From an uncultured Bacteriovoracaceae bacterium (GTDB taxonomy: Bacteria; Bdellovibrionota; Bacteriovoracia; Bacteriovoracales; Bacteriovoracaceae): a DNA stretch of 64,000 bases. Position 1 is the first letter of the stretch; every line of letters starts with the position of its first letter. The translations under genes were made by a program, and so were the position numbers. Positions 36,841-45,846 of this stretch are shown piece after piece. The stretch is taken from NCBI GenBank assembly GCA_964399165.1, contig CAYNPO010000014.1, forward strand, positions 12,147-76,146. The letters run 5' to 3'. Below the pieces are notes generated by a model. The model saw only the letters and a list, made by a program, of their open reading frames with translations, did no database searches and was not told the origin of the DNA.

Positions 36841-37988
36841 ACACCGACTCCACCCTCGATCTTGGCGAGCTCCACTTCTACTGGCGGACCGCCCCCTCGC
36901 CCGCGCCTGAGCCCGGCATTCCAGTAAAGCTACCGCTGACCCTAGGTTTTGATCACGAGCTGGGCCTGTTGAAGCAGCTGGTGCGGCCGGAGACGCTGGA
37001 CGCCCTCAGGAAAGTCTATCAGCTCAGCTACAACATCGGTTACCTGCAGGAAGGGCACGCCCTCGCGGAAGCCTACGGCGCATCTTTCCGACGCTTCCTA
37101 GGGGAACATGCCCCGCTCGAAGGCAAAAAGCGGGTGCTCGAGATCGGCTGTGGGGCCGCTCTGCTGCTCAAGGAATTGAAAGAGTGTGGCCATGAGGTGG
37201 AGGGCGTCGACCCCAGCCCCGTGGCAAAAGAGGCCTGTGCCCGTTACGGCATCAAGTTCACCCCCGGCTTTTATGGGCCGACTCACGGGACTGGCTACGA
37301 TTTCATTTATCACCACAACGTGCTGGAGCACGTGGAGGATCCCCTGGAGTTTCTGCGGTGGAACCACTCCCACCTCGCCGAAGGCGGCCGGGTGGTAGTG
37401 GGGGTGCCCGACTGTACAGAGAGCGTGGCTAAAGGCGACGTTTCCATAGTCTGGCACGAACACATCAGCTACTTCGATGGGGAATCCCTCGGAAACATGT
37501 TGGCCAAGGCGGGCTTTACCGACGTGACGGTGGCGCGCTCCACCTATGGTGGTCTCCTATATGGCACCGGCGTGGTCCGTGCCGGCGCCGCCATCCCCAC
37601 GTTCCGGCGCACCCCGGGGAAATTCAACTCGTTTCGTGAAGGCTTCAATGAGCGCCGCCGTCGGGTGGAGGCCCATGTGCGAGGAGTGCTCAACCAGCCG
37701 GGAGCCACCCTCGGCTTGTATGTGCCCCTGCGCCTCATCGCCTATCTTTCCCTCATGAACTTGGATCGGGCCCAACTTTCACGGCTGCGTTTCTTCGACG
37801 ACGATACTGGCTCCCAAGGCAAGTACTACGACGGCTTCCCAGTGAAGATCGAAGGGCTGGAGGGCCTTAAGTCTGACCCACCCAGCCATGTGCTTATCGG
37901 TTCCGCCAATTTTGGCGCCGTGATCAAAAGCAAAATCCAGGACGCAGTGGGCAGCCGGACTATCGTACACACCCTCTTGGACGTCTGA
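36837..37988 (+). CDS. SAM-dependent methyltransferase with C-terminal sugar C-methyltransferase-like domain (TylC3-type architecture)
   Basis: ATGA overlap with the upstream gene. SAM motif VLEIGCGAALLL, NVLEHVEDP and VWHEHISYF. Confidence 0.65.
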   Translation: MNTDSTLDLGELHFYWRTAPSPAPEPGIPVKLPLTLGFDHELGLLKQLVRPETLDALRKVYQLSYNIGYLQEGHALAEAYGASFRRFLGEHAPLEGKKRVLEIGCGAALLLKELKECGHEVEGVDPSPVAKEACARYGIKFTPGFYGPTHGTGYDFIYHHNVLEHVEDPLEFLRWNHSHLAEGGRVVVGVPDCTESVAKGDVSIVWHEHISYFDGESLGNMLAKAGFTDVTVARSTYGGLLYGTGVVRAGAAIPTFRRTPGKFNSFREGFNERRRRVEAHVRGVLNQPGATLGLYVPLRLIAYLSLMNLDRAQLSRLRFFDDDTGSQGKYYDGFPVKIEGLEGLKSDPPSHVLIGSANFGAVIKSKIQDAVGSRTIVHTLLDV

Positions 37989-37990
37989 AG

Positions 37991-38704
37991 ATGGAACCAC
38001 TGTTCGCTCTGACCTTCGACTTGGACTGGGCCCCCGACGAAGTGGTGGCTTATGCGGTCCAACCGGCTCTGGAGGCGGGGATTCCTGTCACGCTTTTTGC
38101 CACCCACCGCAGTCCCTATGTGCTTTCCTTGCTGGAGGCCCATCCGAATTTGGTGGAAGTTGGGCTCCACCCCAATTACAACCCTTATTTCCTGAACCAG
38201 GGGCAGGCGGATTGGCGGGGGCTCCTGCGTGAGCTGCGGGGCCACTACCCCGGCGCCGTGGGCGTCCGCGCGCACTCCCACGTCGTGAGTTCCCATCTCC
38301 TGGCACACTACCAGGAGGAAGGCTTCAGGTATGAGAGCGGGATCTACGCTGATAACGCTAGTGGGCTCGTACCCTTGCCCTACGACCGGGGCTTCACGCG
38401 CCTTCCACACTTCTTTCAGGACGACGCTCATCTTCTGCGCGATCGTCCTTTCGCGCTTTCCGCCCTCGAACTCGCCTCGCCGGGGCTTAAAATCTTCGAT
38501 TTCCACCCGGTGCACGTTTTCCTCAACACGCAGTCGCTCCAACATTATGAGGAGTCCAAGCGCCACTACCAGGATCCGGCTGGTCTGGCGTCTTGCCGGG
38601 GCCGAGGGCCGGGCGTAGGGGAGCTGTACGGCCACGTGTTGGAATACCTGAAAGCGCGGCCAGGCCGAACCCTCCGCTTAGCGGACGTTGTCCTGGGCGA
38701 TTGA
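37991..38704 (+). CDS. Polysaccharide-deacetylase-like protein (WbmS-type; weak)
   Basis: LTFDLDWAPDE and RAHSH motifs are loosely CE4/NodB-like. 237 aa. Confidence 0.4.
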   Translation: MEPLFALTFDLDWAPDEVVAYAVQPALEAGIPVTLFATHRSPYVLSLLEAHPNLVEVGLHPNYNPYFLNQGQADWRGLLRELRGHYPGAVGVRAHSHVVSSHLLAHYQEEGFRYESGIYADNASGLVPLPYDRGFTRLPHFFQDDAHLLRDRPFALSALELASPGLKIFDFHPVHVFLNTQSLQHYEESKRHYQDPAGLASCRGRGPGVGELYGHVLEYLKARPGRTLRLADVVLGD

Positions 38705-40246
38705 GGCTTCAAGAGGAAAACGCGTTTCATGGGCGCGGACGAGCACGTGCTCACCCGGTTTGTGGGAGAGATTTTCTTCGAATCTCACCACCACCGCTAC
38801 AGGCGCCTGCGGCCTAGGAGTGACCGGCTCGTCGTTAGTCAGGATGTGCTTAGGTACGATTCCGAGGCGCTCATGACGGGCGCGAGCGAAGCTTTGCAGG
38901 GCCATGTGGAACTTCTTAGTTTTGGCGGGATCATGGTAATTGCGGGAATTCTTTTCCAGAAAGGCGAGGGCCTCTTCCCGGGTGCGCAGCCGGTAGGACA
39001 GAAGGGCGTCCTTGCGCTTGCGGTAGATCTTCTTATCCATGACCGGAAAATCCATGATGTAGAAGAATTCCTGGAACACCATGGGCATTTCCAACGGAGT
39101 GAACTCGTCTTTCGGGAGCAGATGCCGCTTGCCCGAGGAGTCTTCCCAGAAAAAAGTAAAGCGCTGGGAAAAGGCATTGTCCCACCACCCCAGTCCCGGA
39201 TAGGGCAAAAGCCACATGAAAACCACCATCAGCGCAGCACATAGCCCCAGGTGGCGGCGTTGGACCTTCGGCGGGGTTTCCACGCCACGTGGGTCGGGAA
39301 ATAACGGGAAGGCGGCCAAGAACGCCAGTTGCACCATCCACTTCCAGAAGAAAATGCCGGAAACGGCAAAAATGCCCGCATGGAGCAGGAGGAGTCCACC
39401 CGCCACCGCCCGTTGCAGCCGCGGTACCACCAGAAGCAGGGCACCCAGCTCGATGAAAAAGGCGATGAACTGCAGGGGCACTTTCATCACATAGGTCGCC
39501 TCATGCAGCGCTTGGAGGGTAGGGAGGGGAACCCAGCTCAGCCAGCCTTTGTAGTGGGTGTGCACCAGGATAGTGGTCACGTCGTTGTTCAGTGCCCAGT
39601 CGAATGGGTGATGCCCCACGAGGATCTTCGCCAGGGCGGGGTTCACGTAGTGAGCCGCCAAAGCGGCGAGGACAGCGATCTTCGTGAAGGTTGGGAAGCG
39701 GGGGATGTCGCGTCCCAGCGCCTTGGCGGCTAGACCCGCCAGGACCAGGGCGTCGAGGAAGAAAATCCCGTGCATGACCAAGCTCTTGTCCACGGAGGAA
39801 TAAGCGGCCAAGGGATGCAGGAACTGTGCATAGGAAGCAAACAAGAGATGGCTGAACAGCAATATGAAAGATGGCCGCCAAGCCGTGAGGAAGAAAGCCG
39901 CCACCAGGCTAACCCGGTCCGCCAGCCGCCACTCGCCCAGGAACCAGTTGAAGTCGTGAAAGGCGTAGTTGTAGGTGAGGATACCGGCGCTGACCATGAA
40001 GAAGATTTTCAACGGGCGATCGGAGATGTCGTCCCACGTCACACGCAGCCGGGGGTGGAGCGCCGCCAAGGTGAGGGCGATGAGCCCCACGGTCCAGGCC
40101 GTGGGGGGCATCTGCCACGGGAAAGACAAGGCGATGGCTTTTTCGGAATTTATGCTTCGGAAGTAAGCGATGCACCGGAAAGAGAAGGTGACGGTCGCGC
40201 AGTAGAGCGCCAGGACCACCGCCTTATAGGCATGGTGTGAAAGCAT
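38678..40246 (-). CDS. Polytopic integral membrane protein with about 170-aa soluble C-terminal domain (function unknown)
   Basis: 522 aa with about 10 hydrophobic segments. Its 3' end overlaps the convergent gene by 27 nt. Confidence 0.6.
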   Translation of the reverse strand: MLSHHAYKAVVLALYCATVTFSFRCIAYFRSINSEKAIALSFPWQMPPTAWTVGLIALTLAALHPRLRVTWDDISDRPLKIFFMVSAGILTYNYAFHDFNWFLGEWRLADRVSLVAAFFLTAWRPSFILLFSHLLFASYAQFLHPLAAYSSVDKSLVMHGIFFLDALVLAGLAAKALGRDIPRFPTFTKIAVLAALAAHYVNPALAKILVGHHPFDWALNNDVTTILVHTHYKGWLSWVPLPTLQALHEATYVMKVPLQFIAFFIELGALLLVVPRLQRAVAGGLLLLHAGIFAVSGIFFWKWMVQLAFLAAFPLFPDPRGVETPPKVQRRHLGLCAALMVVFMWLLPYPGLGWWDNAFSQRFTFFWEDSSGKRHLLPKDEFTPLEMPMVFQEFFYIMDFPVMDKKIYRKRKDALLSYRLRTREEALAFLEKNSRNYHDPAKTKKFHMALQSFARARHERLGIVPKHILTNDEPVTPRPQAPVAVVVRFEENLSHKPGEHVLVRAHETRFPLEASIAQDNVR

Positions 40247-40259
40247 GACCCCATGTTAG

Positions 40260-40265
40260 TATAGC
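40260..40265 (+). promoter_or_regulatory. -10-like hexamer TATAGC, 6 nt upstream of the ATG at 40272
   Basis: gTATAGCcctcctATG with no SD. 25-bp divergent spacer. Confidence 0.3.
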
Positions 40266-40271
40266 CCTCCT

Positions 40272-41771
40272 ATGCTGACCATGGCCGAAATTGCCGTCCT
40301 GGTGGTGGCTTTCTTTGCCACGCGCCTCCCCTTCGTACTCTCGGAGCGCGGCCACAATACTTCCTCCGACCGTCAAGTTTACTTGTGGTACCTGGGTCTC
40401 CTCTCCCGAGGGATGGCGCTGCGGGATCGGCGTTTCGCGAATGGCTTGATCGCCGACCGAGTGCCCATACCCATCATCCCGCACTGGTTGGTGGCGCGGT
40501 TCCCGGCCTCCTGGCACGCTCCTATCATGGTGAGCCTGAACTTGGTTTCAGACGCGGTGTTGCTGGGGCTATTTGGATGGGTCCTGGCTTCTCAGTCCCT
40601 GGTTCCTTTTGATGGCCAGCTGGTTTGGCCCCTGCTCCTTCTCGCCGCCAGTCCCCTGCTCCACCCGCCCGGCGCGCGCTTAAATTCGTTCGGAGGGCGG
40701 GTGTACGCCAACCTGCTTTTCTTCGCGTTTTTCTTGGCGCTTTTCCACACGCCCCATTCCCCCGCCGCGACCGCAGCCGCATTGGGGGCAGCGCTTTTGA
40801 CTTTGAACGCCTCTGTTTTTGGCAGCCAAGCGCTGTTCTTTTTCTCTCTGGCGCTTTCCGTGTGGCGCTTGGATCCCTGGCCCCTGGGGATTTTCTCCGC
40901 GGCGATGGCGGTTACTTGGTTCTCACCCTGGGGGGGAGGGGTACAGTGGCGGGGGCGCTTCGCCCATTACGCATGGTATTTGCGATTCATGACACGGAAA
41001 AGCCGTTTGTCCTGGCGCAGGCATTGGGAACACTTGCGCAGCGGCGACCCACTGAAAGTTATCAGCGGACTGCTCGTATCCAACCCGTGGACCGCGGTCG
41101 CCCTGATGTTCCCCCCGTTGTTCTTACTCTTCTCTTCTCCTGACCCATCCGCGCCCGCAGGCATGATTTATGCTTGGCAGATTGGGCGTGTGGGCCTGGG
41201 ACTTTTGGTTTTCTGCACCTTTTACCCCGGCGCGGTGTGGGGCGAGTCCGAGCGTTACGTGGAAATGACCGTGCCGTTCGTCTTGGCCGGGCTCTTTGCG
41301 CTGCCTGGCTTTATGGATCAAGGGACCATGGTGCTCTTGGCGGTATGGTCCTTCGCCCTCTGCTCCTTCAATTTGCTCGCATACGAGGGCAAAACCGTGG
41401 CGCACGCGGGACGCCATTCACATTATGAGGATTTGCAGGGCATCCGCAGCTTTTTGTCCGCTTCTTCTTACCGCAACATCCTCACCCAACCCTTGAAACT
41501 CGGTTACCTCTTCTCCAACCTCATGCCCGAAAAACATTTCTTCCTCTTCAACTACGACCTAAAAGAGGGCTTCGGATACTACTTCAAGTACATGGAAGGT
41601 GGGATGTACAACCTCAAGGATGACCCCGGCCTGTGGCGGGAGGCGGGCATGGAGGTGCTGGTGGGCAAGCCGGGCGACATCCAGAAACTCCCTCGCATGG
41701 CTGCGTCGTGTCGTAAGGTCTATGCCGACGCCGAGTATGAGGTTTGGGAATTGCCCCAGGAGGCCAGCTGA
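40272..41771 (+). CDS. Polytopic integral membrane protein (GT-C/polymerase-like architecture; function unknown)
   Basis: 499 aa with about 11 hydrophobic segments and a soluble C-terminal ~110 aa. TATAGC lies 6 nt upstream of the ATG and there is no SD. Confidence 0.6.
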   Translation: MLTMAEIAVLVVAFFATRLPFVLSERGHNTSSDRQVYLWYLGLLSRGMALRDRRFANGLIADRVPIPIIPHWLVARFPASWHAPIMVSLNLVSDAVLLGLFGWVLASQSLVPFDGQLVWPLLLLAASPLLHPPGARLNSFGGRVYANLLFFAFFLALFHTPHSPAATAAALGAALLTLNASVFGSQALFFFSLALSVWRLDPWPLGIFSAAMAVTWFSPWGGGVQWRGRFAHYAWYLRFMTRKSRLSWRRHWEHLRSGDPLKVISGLLVSNPWTAVALMFPPLFLLFSSPDPSAPAGMIYAWQIGRVGLGLLVFCTFYPGAVWGESERYVEMTVPFVLAGLFALPGFMDQGTMVLLAVWSFALCSFNLLAYEGKTVAHAGRHSHYEDLQGIRSFLSASSYRNILTQPLKLGYLFSNLMPEKHFFLFNYDLKEGFGYYFKYMEGGMYNLKDDPGLWREAGMEVLVGKPGDIQKLPRMAASCRKVYADAEYEVWELPQEAS

Positions 41772-41846
41772 GGCAGGGCGGTGGAGATATCGCGGTAATT
41801 ATGCGAAAAAGGACGGCAAGCCGGCGATAGGAATAAGGATGTGCAG

Positions 41847-42827
41847 ATGGGTCGTGTTCTCGTGTCAGGGGCGGATGGCTTCATAGGTTCCCACCTCACG
41901 GAGTACCTGGTTTCCCTTGGGTGGGAAGTCCGCGCCATGTGCCTCTACAATTCCTTCAACTCCTGGGGCTGGCTCGACCACAGCCCAGTGAAAAACCAGG
42001 TGGAGGTCATCACTGGGGACGTTCGGGACCCGCGCTTTTGCCGTGAAGCGGTTCGGGGAGTCGACACGGTCATGCACCTGGCGGCCCTGATCGCCATCCC
42101 ATATTCCTACCGCGCGCCAGACAGCTACGTGGACACCAACGTCAAGGGCACGCTGAACCTGGTGTCGGCGGCCATGGATGCGGGCGTGACAAAATTTCTC
42201 CACACCTCCACCAGCGAAGTTTACGGGAGCGCCCTGCAGGTCCCCATCTCCGAAACCCATCCGTTCCAACCGCAATCCCCCTACAGCGCCAGCAAGATCG
42301 CCTCCGATATGATGGCGCTGAGCTTCCACCACGCCTTCCAGTTCCCGGTGACGGTGGTGCGCCCCTTCAACACCTATGGACCGCGCCAGTCCGCACGCGC
42401 GGTGATCCCCACCATCATTTCCCAGCTCGCAGCTGGCAAGCGAGAGATCCGGCTGGGCGACCTACGCCCCACTCGCGACTTCAACTACGTCGAGGACACC
42501 TGCCGCGGCTTCGCTGACATCGCCCGTGCCCAAAACGTGGGGGGGGAAACCTTCAACGTGGGCTCGGGGGGAGAAATTTCCATCGGAGATCTGTTCCACC
42601 GCATTCAAAGCATCATGGGCACCAACGCCGAGTTAGTCCGCGACGAGGAGCGTTTGCGGCCAGAAGCTTCTGAGGTCATGCGCCTGGTGTGTGACCGCTC
42701 ACGTTTACAACGGTTGACCGGCTCCGTTCCCCAGGTCTCCCTGGACGAAGGGCTCAAGCGCACCGTCGCGTGGTTCACTGAGCCCGCTAACCTGCGGCTG
42801 TACAAGACGGACATCTACAATGTTTGA
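41847..42827 (+). CDS. legB: NAD-dependent 4,6-dehydratase LegB (legionaminic acid pathway)
   Basis: ATG at 41847 with AAGGA 7 nt upstream (the track start at 41841 is GTG). VSGADGFIGSHL, CLYNSFNSWGWLD, ALIAIPYSY, STSEVYG, QPQSPYSASKIASD, RPFNTYGPRQSARAVIPTII and the YKTDIYNV end closely recall Campylobacter LegB. Confidence 0.85.
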   Translation: MGRVLVSGADGFIGSHLTEYLVSLGWEVRAMCLYNSFNSWGWLDHSPVKNQVEVITGDVRDPRFCREAVRGVDTVMHLAALIAIPYSYRAPDSYVDTNVKGTLNLVSAAMDAGVTKFLHTSTSEVYGSALQVPISETHPFQPQSPYSASKIASDMMALSFHHAFQFPVTVVRPFNTYGPRQSARAVIPTIISQLAAGKREIRLGDLRPTRDFNYVEDTCRGFADIARAQNVGGETFNVGSGGEISIGDLFHRIQSIMGTNAELVRDEERLRPEASEVMRLVCDRSRLQRLTGSVPQVSLDEGLKRTVAWFTEPANLRLYKTDIYNV

Positions 42828-43962
42828 GGACCTCCTCGGCTTTGTGCGCTCTCTCTACCCTGGAATGCCTGAGGTTCCCCTCCACGCGCCCGTGTTGGGA
42901 GAGGACGAGCGTCGCGGAGTTTTAGAGGCTCTGGATTCCGGCTTCGTGTCCTCAGTGGGACCTCATGTGACGCGTTTTGAGGATGAACTGGCGCGGCTCA
43001 CTGGCGCCACCCGCGCGGTGGCGGTGGTCAATGGGACCGCCGCTCTCCACCTGGGGCTGGTTGTCTTGGGCGTGAAGCCAGGTGAACTCGTCCTTACCCA
43101 GGCACTAACCTTCGTGGCCACCGCCAATGCCATCAGCTACGCCGGGGCGACCCCGGTTTTCCTCGACTCGGACGCGGACAGCTTGGGCCTTTCCCCGCTG
43201 GCCCTTACCCGCTACTTAGAGTCCCATGCAGTGAAACGCGGCGGGGCCGCTTACCAGAAGGACGGTGGGCGGCGTTTCGCGGCATGCGTTCCTATGCACG
43301 TATTCGGTCATCCCGTGCGCATGTCGGAACTCCTGGCTGTATGCCAGGAGTGGGGAATTCCCGTGCTGGAGGATGCCGCCGAGGCCCTGGGGAGCCAGTG
43401 TGACGGGTACAAAGCAGGGGCCATGGCGCCGGTTGGAGCCTTGAGTTTCAATGGGAACAAGATTGTCACCACTGGGGGCGGCGGCGCGCTGCTCTTTCGC
43501 GACGAGGCCCTTGCCGCCCGTGCCAAGCACCTCTCCACTACCGCCAAACGACCGCACCCGTGGGCGTTCCATCACGACGAACTCGGCTACAACTACCGCA
43601 TGCCCAACCTAAACGCGGCTTTGGGGCTCGCCCAGCTTGAGCGACTCCCAGTTTTCCTGGAGGCCAAAAGCCGAATCTCTTCCGCTTACCAAGATTTCTT
43701 GGGGAACCGGGAAGACATACAGTTCGTGGGGGCGCGCCCCGGCACCCAACCCAACTGGTGGCTCAACGCCATGTTGGTGCGCGACCGCGCCACACGTGAT
43801 CGCTGTCTCGAAGAGGGCCAGGCCGCGAGGGTCCAGTTGCGACCCGTCTGGGATTTGATGTGCGATCTCCCAATGTACGCGGCTTGTCCCCGCGACGGCC
43901 TTGTCAACGCACGGGAGCTAGCAGGGCGTTTGGTAAACCTGCCCAGCGGGGTACCCGCATGA
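42820..43962 (+). CDS. legC: LegC-family aminotransferase (DegT family)
   Basis: 8-nt overlap with legB. FVSSVGPHVTRFEDELA, SFNGNKIVTTGGGG (PLP Lys) and AFHHDELGYNYRMPN. Confidence 0.85.
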   Translation: MFEDLLGFVRSLYPGMPEVPLHAPVLGEDERRGVLEALDSGFVSSVGPHVTRFEDELARLTGATRAVAVVNGTAALHLGLVVLGVKPGELVLTQALTFVATANAISYAGATPVFLDSDADSLGLSPLALTRYLESHAVKRGGAAYQKDGGRRFAACVPMHVFGHPVRMSELLAVCQEWGIPVLEDAAEALGSQCDGYKAGAMAPVGALSFNGNKIVTTGGGGALLFRDEALAARAKHLSTTAKRPHPWAFHHDELGYNYRMPNLNAALGLAQLERLPVFLEAKSRISSAYQDFLGNREDIQFVGARPGTQPNWWLNAMLVRDRATRDRCLEEGQAARVQLRPVWDLMCDLPMYAACPRDGLVNARELAGRLVNLPSGVPA

Positions 43963-44843
43963 AGATCGGCTACTTCGCGGACGGCCCGTGGTCCCACTCC
44001 GCCTTAGAGAGAATCCGTCGCCGGGGCGTGGCCCAAGTGGCGTTCATTTGCGTGCGCGCCAACTCCACCGACGAGGTACTGCCACGTTTGGCAGCTGAGA
44101 TGGGGGTGCCATGCTTCAAGCATCCCGACGTGAATAGCCAGGAGTTCCTGGCCACGATTGGCCCCTTCGCCTGTGACATTCACGTGTCCATGTCCTTCGA
44201 TCAAATTTTCCGACGCCCAATGTTGGAGGACGCGCCTGGCGGCGTGATCAACTGCCACGCTGGGAAGTTGCCCTTCTACCGCGGCCGCAACATCCTCAAT
44301 TGGGCCCTGATCAATGGGGAGAAGGAATTCGGCATCACCGTCCACCACGTGGACGCTGGCATCGACACGGGGGATATCATTCTTCAGCGCGTGTACCCCA
44401 TCGCGGAGGACGACACCTACGCCACGCTACTCGAGCGTTCGTTCACCGGCTGCGCCGAGGCGCTGGATGAGGCCCTGGCCTTGTTGGCCAAGGGCGAGGC
44501 TCCCCGGATCCGCCAAAACTCCATCCATCCCGTTGGCTCCTATTGCGGGCGCCGCGGGGAGGGGGACGAAAGGATCGACTGGCGCCAAACCTCCCAGGAC
44601 CTACACAACTTCATCCGCGCCGTTTGCCATCCTGGTCCACGAGCGCGCACCACCTACGAAGGCCTTCCGGTCAGCATCAACCGCGCCCGACTGGTCCCCG
44701 AGGCCCCCAAGTACAAGGGTATCCCTGGCCAGATCATCGGCAAGGTCCCAGACGGCTGGCTGGTCAAGACTGAGGACTCCTTTTTGGAAATCTATGAAGT
44801 GGAAACCGCCGGCAAACTACGCGTGGGCGGGAGGTTTGCATGA
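43959..44843 (+). CDS. Sugar N-formyltransferase-like protein (Fmt family, complete Asn/His/Asp set)
   Basis: ATG at 43959 forms an ATGA overlap with the legC stop (the track start at 43860 is an over-extension). VINCHAGKLPFYRGRN and HHVDAGIDTGDII. Confidence 0.8.
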   Translation: MKIGYFADGPWSHSALERIRRRGVAQVAFICVRANSTDEVLPRLAAEMGVPCFKHPDVNSQEFLATIGPFACDIHVSMSFDQIFRRPMLEDAPGGVINCHAGKLPFYRGRNILNWALINGEKEFGITVHHVDAGIDTGDIILQRVYPIAEDDTYATLLERSFTGCAEALDEALALLAKGEAPRIRQNSIHPVGSYCGRRGEGDERIDWRQTSQDLHNFIRAVCHPGPRARTTYEGLPVSINRARLVPEAPKYKGIPGQIIGKVPDGWLVKTEDSFLEIYEVETAGKLRVGGRFA

Positions 44844-45844
44844 GCCAACGCGTTTTCATCATCGCTGAGGCTGGTGTCAACCACAACGGCGACATGGGAC
44901 TCGCGCGCGAGCTGGTGCATGCTGCAGCCGACTCCGGCGCGGACGCCGTCAAGTTCCAGACTTTCACCGCGGAACGGCTCGCCGCCCGCCATGCCCCCAA
45001 GGCCGCCTACCAGCTGAGCACCACGCAGGCCGGTGAAAGCCAGTACGCCATGCTGAGGAAGCTCGAGCTGCCTTATCCCGCTCACCGGGAGCTCATGGAG
45101 CTGGCGCACTCACGCGGCATTGAGTTCATGTCCACACCCTTCGACGTGAAGGCCGCTAAGTTCTTGGCGGGTTTGGGCGTGAAACGCCTGAAGATCCCTT
45201 CCGGTGAGATCACCAACTTCCCTTACTTGCGTGATGTCGCCCGCTTGGGGCTCCCCACTATTTTCTCCACCGGAATGGCCACACTGGAGGAAATCGGCGA
45301 CTGCCTCGCCGTTTTGAGGCGCTTTGGGCTTCGTCGCGACCAGTTGACCGTACTCCATTGCAACACCGAGTATCCCACCCCACTGGAGGATGTGAACTTG
45401 CGCGCCATGGGCGAGATCCGCGAGCGGTTTGGAGTTGAAGTAGGCTATTCCGATCACACCGCCGGGACCGATGTGGCTTTGGCTGCCGTCGCCCTTGGCG
45501 CTCGTCTTGTCGAAAAGCATTTCACCGTTTCCCGTCGGTTGCCCGGCCCTGACCAGACAGCTTCGTTGGAGCCCCACGAACTGCGCCAAATGGTGGAAGG
45601 CATTCGACGGGTGGAGCTGGCGCTGGGGCTTCCCCTCAAGGGGCCGACCCGCTCGGAATCCAAGAACATCGTGATTGCCCGCAAGAGTTTGGTCGCCTCA
45701 CGCGCCATCCGCAAGGGTGAGGCGTTCACCGAGGAGAACGTGACCGCCAAGCGCCCTGGCGGCGGGATTACACCCATGCGCTGGGAAGAGTATATGGGTC
45801 GGATTGCATCCCGGGACTATCTCCCGGATGAAGCGCTGGATTAA
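44840..45844 (+). CDS. legI: N,N'-diacetyllegionaminate synthase (NeuB family)
   Basis: ATGA overlap with the upstream gene. FIIAEAGVNHNGD, AVKFQTF, GYSDHT and a C-terminal SAF-like domain. Confidence 0.85.
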   Translation: MSQRVFIIAEAGVNHNGDMGLARELVHAAADSGADAVKFQTFTAERLAARHAPKAAYQLSTTQAGESQYAMLRKLELPYPAHRELMELAHSRGIEFMSTPFDVKAAKFLAGLGVKRLKIPSGEITNFPYLRDVARLGLPTIFSTGMATLEEIGDCLAVLRRFGLRRDQLTVLHCNTEYPTPLEDVNLRAMGEIRERFGVEVGYSDHTAGTDVALAAVALGARLVEKHFTVSRRLPGPDQTASLEPHELRQMVEGIRRVELALGLPLKGPTRSESKNIVIARKSLVASRAIRKGEAFTEENVTAKRPGGGITPMRWEEYMGRIASRDYLPDEALD

Positions 45845-45846
45845 CG

